Below, one piece after another: positions 1 through 12,852 of a stretch of 64,000 nucleotides of DNA. Position 1 is the stretch's first letter; every line of letters begins with the position of its first letter. This DNA is from Marsupella aquatica (Eukaryota > Plantae > Marchantiophyta): the NCBI GenBank assembly GCA_973895155.1, contig OZ316899.1, forward strand, positions 7,443,241 through 7,507,240. Reading direction: 5' to 3'. The position numbers were made by a program, and so were the translations under genes. The notes beneath the pieces were generated by a model. That model worked only from the letters and a program-made list of their open reading frames with translations, searched no databases and was not told the origin of the DNA.

Positions 1-5
1 TTCTG

Positions 6-265
6 CTAACAGAGTTCACAGAGCCACTCCTTGGCCCAATCATGCCCTCTAGAAATGGCAAAGCGTGTGCACTCGGACCCATGGCCATCAGGCTCCTCGG
101 GATCCTGCCCATCAACTAAGTAATGGAAATGACAACTGCAAGGCCCATCGCAGAACAAAAAAGTACCTCCCTCATCACATTCAAAACAACAAGGGGGATC
201 CATGCAAAGGTGCTCTTTATGGGCAAACTTGGGATCCAACCAGGCAGCAGCAGCCCGTGCCATGC
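6..265 (-). pseudogene. EDM2-like PHD-type zinc finger exon (runs off the window edge; TAG at 6-8)
   Basis: CFECDEGGTFLFCDGPCSCHFH...EC..F.......WLCELC resembles the CxxCDxGGxLLxCxGxCxRSFH...C...FxCxxC PHD pattern of plant EDM2-type proteins. Polypyrimidine+AG acceptor just before the ATG at 263. Confidence 0.7.
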
Positions 266-1712
266 TAAAGAAAATAAAATCTGCACAATTGCCTTCAACA
301 TCACTCCAAAGTCCATTCAAAAAGCAAGAGACAAACACAAAGAAGGTAAGTGAAGTGTACTTACAGAGATGTTGAGTAGTCGTGCCAGCCCCAGTCGCAT
401 CTCCAACCAGCACAGACCTGCGGTTACCACACTCATCAGTCTCCCCAATATTTATTCCCCAATTGCCCCAATATTTATTATCAATCTGGCCAAACCAGCC
501 TGCAGGCCTACACCAGCTATTAAGTTTTTTCTAACGTCCCGGCTGACAAAACAGCTCAGCCTTGGCTGCACTTTGACCAGAACAAAACATACATCTGAAA
601 ACATTCTGATCATCACCTCCAAAACTTCCGCTTTAACAAACAAACCACAGCCGTACGTAGCTCTCAATCGATAAACATACAAACCCTGAGAGACACTGTC
701 AAATTACCCTATCAAATTACTTTAGGAGAAGTAAATATACTGTACAGTTGAATTCTAGCTTTGACATGATTGCATGGATTTTAATGGGAATCCTGTTCAG
801 GAGATCATTAGTTCAAGTGTTCTAAGCAGCTCCAATTGTCAAGTACACACCTAAGGCCTTAGCAGAATTAATAATTACAGGCTTGTTGCAAAAACTATAA
901 GGCCAGACAAGAATACCTTCAGGGTGAAAGGTTTGAAGACAATCTGTAGAGAGCAGATTGCCTACAATCAAATCGAGACTCCAATAAACCCCGCACAACC
1001 ACCACACAACAATCGCACATTGCTGACATGAAATCACATGAAAGAATGCAATATAACCAGAAGGGAATAAGTATAATGCTGCAACTAAGCACACCACAAA
1101 ACATTTCCTCTCATGATAGAGCGTAAGTACAAAGCCCGACTCTGGTTTGTGAAATGCAATTCACTCACGTTTGTGAAATGTGACTGAACCCTGGATTGAA
1201 CCAGACTTGTGGTATAACTACCAGCGCAGGCATTGTTTCCTTTTAGGTTTTCTGAAATTAATGGACTTTGAAGAGCAGAGCAGACGTCAGACATGACTTG
1301 CCGTTTGGTTTAGAAGAAAATTAATGAACTCCAGAGAGTACAGTACCATCGTCTTAGCCATGTATTTATTCAATACTTGTTGCAGCAAGTAGAATTCAGT
1401 AGAGACAGGGGATGGACAGGGCCGCAACTTTGGGGGGGCTAACTACATTAGATTGAAGATGATACAAGCTTTTCAGTGCAATCAAAGAATGGAAGCATGA
1501 TACGAATGAACAAAATAGTGATGATAACCCAAAAAGAACAATACAAAGGGAGCATCATTTCCAATTCATTGATCCCCAAGTGCTTTTTGATCTGGTAGTC
1601 CAATCCACCTGTATACAAGACACAGTTTCAGTCTAGGTTGGCACAAGATACGCTTTCACTCTACGTCTATGGAATGGTGTTAATACAATGTAGCCAAGAC
1701 ATCACTACTTAC

Positions 1713-3324
1713 TGGGAAGTCTTTGGGAGTTGAATCAAGCTTTGCCCATAGGGCTGCCGGGCCATATTGCTTGGAGTACAAGCGCTCCTGCTCACTTGGG
1801 TCGACATCTCGGCCATACTTTCGCTTCTGCAGCAAAAGTCACATTACGTCGTTCAAGAGGAGGTACTTTACACACCTCACTACTACATTAAACCAATTGC
1901 GTCATCCCAAACAACGTTACATATTACTCGATGGCATTAACGTCGCAACGACGACGTTAGGGGTAGTGTAACATCGTCTCGTGAGACGTAAATGGTGAAA
2001 TACGATGATTTGAGTGACGTTAAATTTGGCAATGGAGGCGTTAATCTAAAAGAACGACGTTAATTACTGTTTCACACCAAAGCATCACCACAAGGCATTG
2101 ATTTGAATGATTGCGCAATGTGAAATGGAAGAGAACTTACATAGGTTGCAAGAAATCCTCCCCATCCTCCCTGCCCCAGAAATTTGTCACCTTCTTACCA
2201 CTCGCTTTTTGAACAGCAGTGGCCTTGTCTCCCATACGCACTCGCTTTCCAACTGGGGTGTCCGGGGCTGCTTCAAGTTCATTGACAATCAATTTGAAGT
2301 CAGCTTCGCTCATGCCATCAGGTTTCTTATACTCCCCCGTCCTTATGCACCTGAGTTTGCGCACCTTTGCTCTCCACCTGAACCGTTGATCAGCAAGGTG
2401 ATTCACAATCTTCTTCCTGATGTGGCGGTAGTCAATCTCTTGCCCATTTTTGAATCCAGCCTGCACATCATTCAGGAGCACCTGGAACTTCTTTTCGTTA
2501 TGTACCAGCTCCTTCCAGGTTGTCCAACCGGGGCAATGTTTAGTTACACAGGTCTGCACTCTGTTTGTGAGTGCTTTCTCATCCAGAACGTCCGGCCTTG
2601 CATCAAAAGCAGCAAGGGTGATGGTGGGGAGGTGCTCCTTGCCGGCAAGAGCTTGTTGAGGATGTGATCGCCGCTCTGAATGTGAGTGCTCCTTTCTCCT
2701 CTCTGCTCCATGATGTTGATCTCCCCTGCATCTCTTTGACCTTGATGTCTCTGCATTGTGCTCATTGGTTCCTTTCCCCTTTCGCCTTCTCCTTTCAGTG
2801 CTGCTATTTGACAAAGACCAAGATCGTCTCCTCCTCCTATGTGCTCGATGGTCCCTCCTCTCATTGTCTGCCTTGTATCTCTCATGTGCGATCCTCACTT
2901 GACTCTTGATAGGGGTTCGAGCAGTTGCCTGAGAATCTAGCTCGATCTCATAGAAGGTTGGATCGTCCCAACCATCGTCTGCTAGTGTTGGGAATGTAGG
3001 CAGTGGATCAATCGATGCCCCATCAAGCTCTCCAATGACATCTGGCGCTTCAACCTCGGCCACCTCCTCTTGGTCGGGAGCATTGGCCTCAATACTCTCC
3101 AAGTACTCTATAAACCTGGACTCCTTCGTTCCTTGTCCTCCCATGAATTGCCAGCTATGGTTGAAGGCCTGAACTAGTGAATGTGTCAAACGTAGTGCTG
3201 TATGCACCTTCTCCATCTCCTCTGGATCCTCCATGGCCACCTTCACTGCATCAAAGTTCACACTGCATGGAAGGTAGCCTGGATGAGACAATGGCGGGCA
3301 ATTATGTGAGGTAGAGGAGACCAA
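1713..3324 (-). pseudogene. CACTA TnpA/PTTA (Transposase_24)-like protein, spliced, probable 1-nt frameshift near 2180
   Basis: ORF 2137-3324: DQRFRWRAKV...KKPDGMSEADFKLIV...; an alternative frame near the end gives QGGWGGFLATY. GTAAGT donor at 2140 and CAG acceptor at 1827 lead to exon KRKYGRDVDPSEQERLY. Confidence 0.55.
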
Positions 3325-3748
3325 GAGAGGTGAGGATTAGAGGTGCATTGGGGAATGTCAAATGTGACTCGCATTCAAACATGACCCCAATGTTTTATGA
3401 AGGAAATGACCGGGGAAACGATTAACCTTGCGAGCTCGCCGTTTCTTGCAATTTATGTTGTTTTAACGTCGCTTTAACGTCGCTTTAACGTCCCGTTTAC
3501 GTCTCTTCCAAACGACGTTTCCTATGAGCACCTTGTCCTAAACGACGTTAAGTTTAGGAACATCATTCTTTAAGATGTAACCGACATTGGACGGGGTTTA
3601 AGCGGGACGTTAAATGTTAGGGTTTTTGAAAAAAACGACGTTAAAACTAATATTAGGTTGTAATTTGTAGGGTTTTAAGGATGGGTTTTTGTGAGGGGTT
3701 TTGTATAGGTTTTTCTCAAATGAGAGATGGTTTTATTGGTTGCAGGAC

Positions 3749-4245
3749 ATGGTGATCTATGACTCTCTGTCCGATGACACAGATGATGGGGATACGATTG
3801 TTGGTTGCAGATACCGGCATCATGATAGGGATAGGGATTATTCTCCTGATAGGAGGAGGGATACTCGCTAGAGCGGAGGAGGGATGACTTGCCGAGAAGG
3901 AGGAGGGACTACTCTCAGGAGAGGAGGAGGGACTACTCGCCTGAGAGGAAGTCGAGACGTCGTAGATCCCGACATCATCACCATCAACGGAGGCAGGAGG
4001 ATAGGAGAGATAGGAGCCCCCATTGGCCATATGACGTTCATCGTCATCTAGAGCCCCATGGTCACAGCTCACCTTCCTCTTTGGACGAGGGATTTGGAGA
4101 GGCCATGGCTGCTCTTCATGGGATTGGACCAGTCCGGAAGATGCCTTGCCCTTGTAGACGATGCAAGGGTGTTGTATCTCATGAGAGGACTACTGTCGTT
4201 AGCCATTTAGGGATGCATGGTCGTTATGTACCACCATTACCCGAG
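3749..4245 (+). pseudogene. First coding exon of the CACTA gene: RRRDYS repeats plus transposase-associated Zn domain
   Basis: CPCRRCKGVVSHERTTVVSHLGMHG matches the Transpos_assoc pattern; phase-0 donor GAG|GTGAGT at 4245; 24-bp RRRDYS repeats at ~3830-3945. Confidence 0.75.
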
Positions 4246-4376
4246 GTGAGTTTCCTTCTTATTGCAAAACCATTTTGCTTAACTTTAACTATCACAAGGT
4301 TGGAGTACTTTGCCTTCAATCATGAATGCTCAAGTTTGTTGGCATGCTAAGATTTTCTTGCTTACATGTGGAATAG

Positions 4377-5173
4377 ATTCTGGTTGTGCCGTCACCTCCT
4401 AAGGACAGCATGAGAGAGGTTGCACGTTGAGCTCTGACTACACTGGTGCCCCCATCAGCTCTAGATGCCACTTTGAGGGCAATAGACCGTGTTTTTGATA
4501 GGAGGAGGGTTTCACAGGTGCACCCTATTGAGAGGGGAGTCGTGGTCAATACCAGACCACGGTCTTTGGAGTCTCGTCCGCCTAGGGCACCAAGAGAGTT
4601 GCATCTATTGCTCGGGCACCAAGAGAGTTGCATGGGAGAGCCTTGGACATTGTAAAGGACTCCTTCCCTACCCAATTTGGGCTCCCTGTGGACCTTCCAA
4701 TTAGGGAGCCTATCATAGTTTGGGATCGCCCATGGGTCCTCCTCCCCTCCACATTGGGCCCTGGTGTAGGGTTTGGATTATTTGCGCTTGTAGATATTGT
4801 GGTCCCTAATGGTTGTGCGCCCGAGGACTTGCCTCAGCTCTTTCCATTCTATGGGCCTAAGTATTCTGCTCAACGATGGCGCATCTTGTCTTGACAATGT
4901 CCAACCTTTGGTCGATATGGCATGTCGGTCAAGCTTGACCCTAGGTATGCTCAGATGGATGGTTACCCGCCGCGCACTGGAAACCTGGTGGGTTACATCA
5001 ATAGCACATTGGGTTCTCGGCGTTCAGGTTTTAGGCCAGACGCTGAGTGCCATGAGTACCATGACCAGACTCACCCTTGTTTGCCCATGGCTTGTACGCA
5101 TTACATCTTGACCCATGCTACTCGTACCATTAGAGCAGGGGAAGAGATTCTTGTAGATTATGATTGGCATTGA
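4377..5173 (+). pseudogene. SET-domain (lysine methyltransferase-like) exon within the CACTA element
   Basis: LPSTLGPGVGFGLFALVDI..LFPFYG...MDG...GNLVGYINS...ATRTIRAGEEILVDY are SET motifs. ORFs 4628-4894 and 4922-5173 are in one frame, separated by a TGA; removing a 29-bp duplication restores frame with the upstream part. Confidence 0.8.
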
Positions 5174-5286
5174 CGATATGACATATTCGTAATTTATGGA
5201 CCCATTGTTGCATAATACATTGTTGCGTCGTTTATTCGTTTGATTATATATGACTTTGTATCAAATATTGGATTTCACAATTGTAG

Positions 5287-7760
5287 GATGGTGCATATGT
5301 TACTCCTACACCTCACCCATCCATGATGACAATGTCAGCGCGTGCCTTTCACCTACGTGCCACTCTAAATTTTGATGATGATGAAGATGATGACTTGGAG
5401 CCTGATGATTTGGATAGTGACCATGAGGAGTACCATGATGCATATGATGGAGAGTTTGATGAGGATGATGGAGATGAGGGGGATGCACCCATTCTTGAAG
5501 AGGATGCTTTTGCCCACCTTGTGGATGTTCACTTTGGACCACATGCACCTGAGGGCATGAGGCCTACCATGGAAGTAGACCAGGATGATTGGGACCAGTT
5601 GGAAATGGAAGCCAGAACTCCACTCTTCTTGGATTCTCCATCATCACGGTAAGCTTTTTTTTTCACAATATTTAATGAATTTAGGGTTTGATCCAGCCCA
5701 AGACTTTACTTATGAACTTGTACAGGCCACACCCAATGTCATACCTCAAACTAATTATCCCCTGGTTTCACGAATGCAGGTTGGGTGCCACTTTGCTGAT
5801 GTTGAATTTGCAGGGAGTTTTCAACACTTCAGATGTCCATACAGATGCACTCTTCCAGCTATTCCACCAAAAACTCTTGCCCAACCAAACACTCTTCCTG
5901 GTTGTGTGAGGGAAGCTAAGAAGTTGTTAACCTCAATTGGATTGGCTTTAGAGACTATCCATATGTGTCCAAGTGGATGCATCCTGTACAGAGGGACATA
6001 CTTGGACCACACAGAGTGCCCAGAGGCACAATGTAAGCTTCCACGATACCGGCCCGACACCATTGGGGAAAAAATTCCAGAGAAGGTGAGATAAGATCTC
6101 TTGCTATGATCGGAAGACATTTGTTACAAAAATAATGTAGGAGTCCATAGAGTTACGTTTCAAAAAACATTGTTTAAATTGTCTAGTGCGGCTTTTTCCC
6201 ATTTAACATTGTCTAGGTTAACGTAACAAACTTTTACAACGTATATCAGGAGGTATCTTACGTATCATAGTATCTAGGACGTACCTTATGTCTTACTCAA
6301 CGATGTAAAATTATTAACGTCATAACTGACGAGGTTACTTTAAACCTGCCGACGTTATGAATGTCGTCTCAATTTACCTCGTGTATCACAAGGTATTTAA
6401 GGTAACATGATGATTTGTTCGACATTTAATCTCAATTAACGTCGGAGGGTTTGTTGTGACTGTGGTTTTTGCAGGTCTCTAGGTATTTCCCGATCACACC
6501 CCGACTACAGCATCTGTATCGACGGAAACATCAATTGGCACTCCAAACTTGGCATGCTGAGAACAAGTCCCCACCAGGGATTATGCAGTATCACCACAAC
6601 AGCCCAGCATGGAAGCATATTGACACCACTTGGCCTGATTTTTCTCAAGAGCCGCGGAGTTCGATTGGGGTTGGCAATAGATGGGGTAAACCCATACAAG
6701 CAACGACGCAAGCCTAAGTCCATATGGCTAGTTCTCTTGATAAATCAGAATATCCCTCCATGGTTGGCGATGAAGAAAGGTCATGTTCTTCTCCTCGCTA
6801 TCATTCCTGGTCCTCAAGTCTGTAAGAATCCGGATATTTGTTTGGCTCCAGCTTATGAAGAATTGCAAAATCTATGGGAGTTTGGGGCAGTGACCACAGA
6901 TGTCAGTCGTGCACCGGATAATGTGAGGACATTTCAGATGAGGGCGATGATCACCCATTGCACCACTGATGGTCCAGGTAATGCTCAGTCACTGAAATGT
7001 TTTGACATGCATTGTGCAGGGTCCTATTGCATGGGTCAATGTTTATGGCCTGACAATTTTTTTCCATTCCTTCACAAGTATGGCCACAATATCCGGGTTG
7101 AAGGTGGCTGGTTATTCTGCTTGCCCTTCATGTGGTCCCGAGTTGCATGGGAGATATTCTAACCACTTGCACAAAACCACATATGAGGGCAGTAGGGTTT
7201 GATTACCAATGGATGATATCTTGCGACATAATACCACACATTGGGCTGAGACTGAGTTTAGGCCATGTCCCAATGGGCCCTCAGCTGAGGCCCAAGTTCA
7301 GATGGCAGAGAAAGTGGAGGCAAAGTTACTTCAACCCAAGCACTGTGGTGTCAATAGGCGCTCAGCTTTGTGGGACTTGCCATATTGGAGGGTAAGTAAA
7401 ATAAATTTACCTTCTTTTAAGTTAGTGACTTGTAGACTTATTCTCTTTATGAATTTCTTACTAACAAAACCTGATTCTCCACTCATTTTGCAGATCCTCC
7501 AGATACAATGGTTGTTGGACCCCATGCATATTGAAGTAAATGTTGCCAAGAACCTGGTGAAGCACATTTATGGCATGAATGATACTCGTGGGGTCCGAGA
7601 GGATGCAAAGCAGGTTGGAGTGGTGAAGAGTTGTTGGATAACTCAAGATGGGGAGAAGCCACCTGCTCCTTGGGTTTTGCCAAGACAAATATTGAAGGAG
7701 ATGAACGGGATGATATGTGAAATGAAGTTCCCTAGCCATTACGGAGCCGACTTTCCATGG
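5287..7760 (+). pseudogene. CACTA Tnp2/TnpD transposase (Transposase_21), multi-exon, frameshifted, 3' truncated by an LTR
   Basis: IHMCPSGCILY, RYFPITPRLQHLY, SPAWKHIDTTWPDF, RLGLAIDGVNPY, NIPPWLAMKK, LDPMHIEVNV; GT-AG introns e.g. 5649-5779 and ~6086-6474. Confidence 0.92.
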
Positions 7761-7764
7761 GTGC

Positions 7765-10700
7765 ACGACTACGGGAGGCCAACTACTGTCCGTTGCTCAG
7801 GCAAGCACTTGGGGGGGAAGCAGATACCGACAATCAACTCAAGAAGAGTATAAGCAACATCAATCAAGCTACTCATTTTTGGGGATGCCTGTTAGAACGG
7901 GAAACTGAGTACATTGGGACCTACGAGGATGAAGAATCAAAGAGAGCGGGTCGAGAACGGCAGGAGCTTGCTCGGCTGTGGGAGCTGCAGAAGTCTGCTT
8001 TCTTAGGAGGAAAACTCATTACGGCTGAATTCTTGTGGACGCCTACTGCCAACAAACTTGACGATCTTTTGTTTTATGAGAATAGAATAGTCGGCATCCG
8101 GGAGGCCATCAACCGCTGCAACGACATACATTGGGAGTTGAAGGGTAGCACAGAGGGGTGGACGAAGGCAACCGTGCTAGGAGAAACATCCACGGTAGCC
8201 GCTATGAAGAGGAAAGGGAACAACAACAAAGAAGCCAACCCTGCAAAAAGAATGAGGTTGGCAACACCCAAGAAACCAGTAGAGCAGGGAAGCAGGAGGC
8301 AGGTGGAAGCCGAAGAGGAGGAGGTTGACCCCATCAATGCCGTTCCAACAAGAGATGACACCTGGAAGGGCTGGGCGGCGACCCTCCCTGAGGAGGTGCA
8401 ATTACACTTTGTGCGGGAAGAGGATGCATGCTTTACGGCTATGCAGACTCGGAAATACCAGGGCTTCATGGCCGGATCCGGCTTGGAAGCCTTCATAAAG
8501 CTGCCATGGCTGAAGCCGGAGGTGCCGGATTCAGACTTACTAGAATTTGTGGGATCATGGGAGCCCGAGACCAATTCCACAAGGGTGTATGGGAAGGATT
8601 TCTATCTCACTCCCCGGGTGATTGCCGAAGTGTTTGGCTTGCCAATGGGCAATAAGACCAAAGTAGATACCAGGAAGACCTTGCCAGACAAGGAGTTCCG
8701 GTCGTTTCCAGGGCCATCAACAAAGAATGGCTTCTTCCGAAACACCTGCACAAACCCGTACATAGGAGAAATGATCGATTTCTTGCGGGTGACCATGCAT
8801 TGTAACTTGCCGAGGGCAGAGATTGGCAAGGCATAGGTCTATCTGGCGGAGAGGCCAGACCCAAGCTAAGACTACAACGGGTACCTCCTCACCCAACTAA
8901 AGAAGATCTTGAAGGAGGAACAACTGGTGATCGGCATGGGAAGCGTGTCCCGACTTGGTTATCACATGCCGCTGTTGTGCCGGTATGCCCAAAGTCAGAT
9001 ATTTGCCCCGATACTGCCCTTGCAGGCAAGAGCACCAGAGGAGGTTCCGGAACCAAGGCCGACAATAGAGAAACCAACCCAGCCCGACGGTCCTACAATC
9101 GAGCAGGTGTTTAGGCCGAGGAAGGAAGACTTGCCGATGCAGCAATCAGGCATGCAGAATCTGCTGAAATTGCTGGAGAAGGAAAGGAGAACGGCAACGG
9201 GACCGGTACAGGATACTGCTCCCAAAGTCAGTCTTAGCCAACTTACCAGGGAAAACCCCTTTACCGGGGTCAAGGAGAGAAGGAGGCCAAAACACGAGCC
9301 GGGAGTCTGAATGTATGTAGGAGATTCAAGTCCCAAAGCCGAGGAAAAGTAGCCCGAAGCTCCTGGTCGCGACAGGGAGAAGATGAGATCAACGTGGAAG
9401 CCGGAGGAACCAGGACCCGTGATCTGTGAGGCCGTGTTCACGGCAAGACCAAGACAGCAGCGGGGGGAGCCGGTAGTCCAAGCCGAGGAGGAGGCGGTAG
9501 AAGGCTACAACAATGATGACTCTGGCTACGGGTCAGACCATCATGTTCCAGGAATAAGGACCTGTGGCAGGTTCATCCCCACTCTTCCAAGAGTAGTTCG
9601 AGGGGACCCAACCCAGCAGAGCAGCCCCGAGTCTCCCCTACCAGATGTCGCTCCCCCAAGCTTTGACGGCATAAAATAGACGGCACAGGAGTTTCAGGAA
9701 CGACTCAGGGAGGAAGAAGAGGTAGCCCTGGCTAGGGAGAAGGATTTACCAAGAGGAGAATGGCCAGAGGACATCAGGTGGCTTGCAGAAAAACGAAGCA
9801 GCCCGCTAGCCATGATAGAAGAAATTCGCAGGGCGGCTTGGGAACAAAGGCCGCGGGGGATGATGCCAATGACTTCTACTCACTCCGCCTATGCTAAAGA
9901 ACGAGCCATGGAGTACGGGGAGATGTGTGGGGAACTTGCGCTTGGCATCTTTAAGGGGAAGTTGGAGCAGGGACCTTTTTTCCAGAGGGAAATATTGGAG
10001 AAGTGCCGATTAGAAGAAGCGGTGGCTTTGGAGAGAAGCAAGAAGGACGAGGTCATCCATCGGCTTAGGGCAAGGGAAGCCGAGGTAGAAGACCTGAAGA
10101 CGGCCAAGAAAGCCCAAGATGAGATGCGGATTAAGCGGCATGAGCTCAACATCATGCAGGGGCAATTGGATACCGCGCAGTCTGATAATCAGATTATCAA
10201 GGATAAACTGACTCGGACCCAGGGTGAGCTGGCCGATTCGATCAAGGAGAAGTGGAAGCAAGAGCTGAGAGACACAGAGGAGGCCCACATAGCAGCCAAC
10301 AATCGGGCCATGGCGGAAACTCAGAGAAGGGAAAGGGCGCTGAAGGGGGAACTCGAGGATATCCGTGGAGCCCTTGAGCAAAAGGAGGCCGAGTTAGAGA
10401 AATCCTATCGGGCGATTATCGTGCTGCGGTAGGAGCTCGCATCCATGACGGCCAGCTTCAAGGCCGACCTCCATGAGAAAGACAACCAGCTCGACCAGAC
10501 ATATGCCAAGATGAATAAAATGGAGTCTGAGGTCGTTACGGAGCTCGACAAGGAGCTGAGAGCAACCCAGGAGGAGAGGGCTACCTTAAAGAAGGAATTG
10601 GAGGAAGCCCAGAAGGAGCGGGAGGAGGCGCGCAAGGACCTGGATGAATTGTAGGAGGAGTTGGAGGAAAGCACGCAGAAGATGGAGAACTTATAGCAGC

Positions 10701-12149
10701 GAGCCGACAACCAAACGGAGCGGCTGAAGAAACAGGCCGCAATATTTAAGTGCTTGGCTTCCTCAGGTTCAACTCCAATTGGGGCAACCAAGTTACCAGG
10801 AGTAGTACTGGCCGAAGGACAAGCCGAGACACTCACACCGGTGCCGGAGGTAAGTGGCAAGGGGAAGGGGCCAGCTGCCAAACCAAAGAAGAAGAAGAAG
10901 CGGAAACCTTCTGGGTCAGGGAGTAATACAGCTCCTCAAGCCGTCGTGACCAAGGAGGTAAACCTAGCACCAACCTCAGGCAGGGTCACGGCAGAGGATC
11001 CAACTGCCCTAGAAGGCGGGGATGGCAAAGCCGAGGCCAGGATACTCGGTGATAAAGCCGGGGTACCGGATCCACCACTAGAACATATTGGGAAGGCTGT
11101 GGCCGATGCTGAGGCCAAAGCTGGGGGTGGACCTAGTCAGGCCGATGGAGAGTTGACTCGGTCTGCAGCAGGTAATCTGTCAGAGGACGGACCTACGGTA
11201 GTGGCTGCGGAGGAAGTGTTGGGGGCGTCCATTGAGGACCAGACACCGCTGCCATGACGGTGGTGGAGGGCCGCTCCTTTTAAGGAGGACGGACATGGAG
11301 GGAGGAGGTGTGAATGGGCAGGGCGGGCTCAGATCTCCAAGTTTAGAATTAGGATCATGACCAAGGGGTGGCCCTGACACTTAGCTTAGTGGGATTGCGG
11401 ATCCACTGGTAAGAGCAACACTTGTGCTCCTGCCTTGCTATACATAGATAGATTAGGCTTACGCTGCAAGGAATTAGGCGGATCCACTACCAGGATAAGT
11501 ACCTGGGCAGCGGGAAGTTCAGGGCCTTCTTCCTTAGCAAGTTTTTAGTGCACCAGCAGGGCTGGGATCAAGTAGTTAAAGAAGCTCTCGGTTAGTTATA
11601 CTATGACCCTTGTGTATATTCATGTTTCCTCATACCTAAGAGATGAATAGAGTTGGCCTCACGGGCTTAGTTTGCAGATCTTGTATATGAGAAGTACTGT
11701 TTGTATGGCAAGTGCATGGTATAACTCAGTCAGAAGGAGTCATTTTGCTATTTGTGTGTCGCATTAACTTGTTTGAAGATTGCCCACATCAACCAAGAAG
11801 GGAGTAAGCAAGGTAGTAAGAGTTGGATGTGTCGAGCTGAGAGAGGTCTTAGCGGCTTACCCAAGCCAGTTGGGGATCATTCTGGCGGCGGAATCCAAAC
11901 ATACTTGAAGGGAAACCGAGAGAGGAGGACAAGGGAAGGCCTAGAATAGGTCGGTTACGTATCTCATGACCCAATGAAGGATCTGTCCAGTATACGTGAG
12001 TAAAATGTTAATAGTAATAGTAGTAGAAGGAGGTTAGTAGCGTCCCATGCTGCTAAGCTGCGAAATTGGCCTCGCTAAGAGCGAAACCTGCGGGAATCGG
12101 CTTGTGCAGAAGGGTTTCTTGGGTCTAGGGAGCCATTGGACGCACCACA
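7765..12149 (+). mobile_element. Gypsy long LTR, family A (5'-truncated solo or 3' LTR) containing a degenerate ORF
   Basis: Colinear with 57615-62110; ends at the same GGACGCACCACA but is not followed by a PBS. Confidence 0.85.
7850..11257 (+). pseudogene. LTR-embedded ORF: PMD/plant-transposon-protein-like domain plus long coiled coil (~1130 aa, several stops)
   Basis: ORF pieces 7757-8836, 8909-9310, 9383-9679, 9812-10432, 10445-10654 and 10754-11257 share one frame; motif LLEFVGSW...RVYGKDFYLTPRVIAEVFGLP; heptad-rich C-terminal half. Confidence 0.75.
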
Positions 12150-12270
12150 ATTTATTGCTGCACATAGACCAAATAGAGATACACTATAGCTCTACCATCC
12201 TTTCTACTGCAAATGTAGCCTACATGAGTCATGGTCATCCCTCTACAACCTCCCTCCAGACTGATGTTGA

Positions 12271-12852
12271 TTAAGGAGTCCCTTCTCCAGACCAGTAGTA
12301 CTCCTCGTCCGCTTTCCTCTTGTTGTACGAAGCACGCCTTTGGCTGGCATTCCAATTCTTCCGGACAACAGCTTCATCGGCCTGTAGCCTCTGAGCCTCC
12401 ACCTCGGCTGCACAACTTTCCTTGTAATCAAACATAGCAATCTGAAGTTCAGTGGGTGACAGCTCACATTTAGACAAGGTGGGAGGGTAGGCCTCACCAT
12501 CATCATCCTCGGGCGAATCTTCCAGACCACGATCACTGCTCGGATGTAACAAGAACTCTCCTGGGTCCAGCTGCTTGTTGGCAAGAATGGAGCACTCTAC
12601 CCACCGAGTAGAGATGAAATGCAAGGTTTCAGCGAAATGCTCGATCAAGCCAGCATAGTCACTGAAGTGCTCCGCAACCTGTTTCCACGTATTTGCAATC
12701 AAGAAATTGGTCTGTGAGGTACATAGCTTGTCAACAAGCCCTTCACAGCAAAAGAACCCTCGAACCATCTTCTCCTCCTCACCAAGTGGGAGGAAACAAC
12801 AATGCACATTTGCAAAGAACTTCCGCACCATAGCTGAACACTTTGCCTCCAC
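12271..12852 (-). CDS. Hypothetical protein (193-aa ORF), probably another exon carried by the CACTA element
   Basis: Open frame with protein-like composition next to an ACGT-motif cluster like the CACTA introns; no recognised domain. Confidence 0.35.
   Translation of the reverse strand: MEAKCSAMVRKFFANVHCCFLPLGEEEKMVRGFFCCEGLVDKLCTSQTNFLIANTWKQVAEHFSDYAGLIEHFAETLHFISTRWVECSILANKQLDPGEFLLHPSSDRGLEDSPEDDDGEAYPPTLSKCELSPTELQIAMFDYKESCAAEVEAQRLQADEAVVRKNWNASQRRASYNKRKADEEYYWSGEGTP

Noticed and set aside
6-413. Calling this the host EDM2 gene
   Set aside because: Only one PHD-like module is visible, it starts right after a short N-terminus and hits a stop; orthology cannot be shown.
9812-10654. 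Coiled-coil ORFs as host myosin/SMC-like genes or a retroviral env
   Set aside because: They recur within LTR copies in frame with the PMD-like region; no motor/ATPase motifs, signal peptide or transmembrane segment seen.
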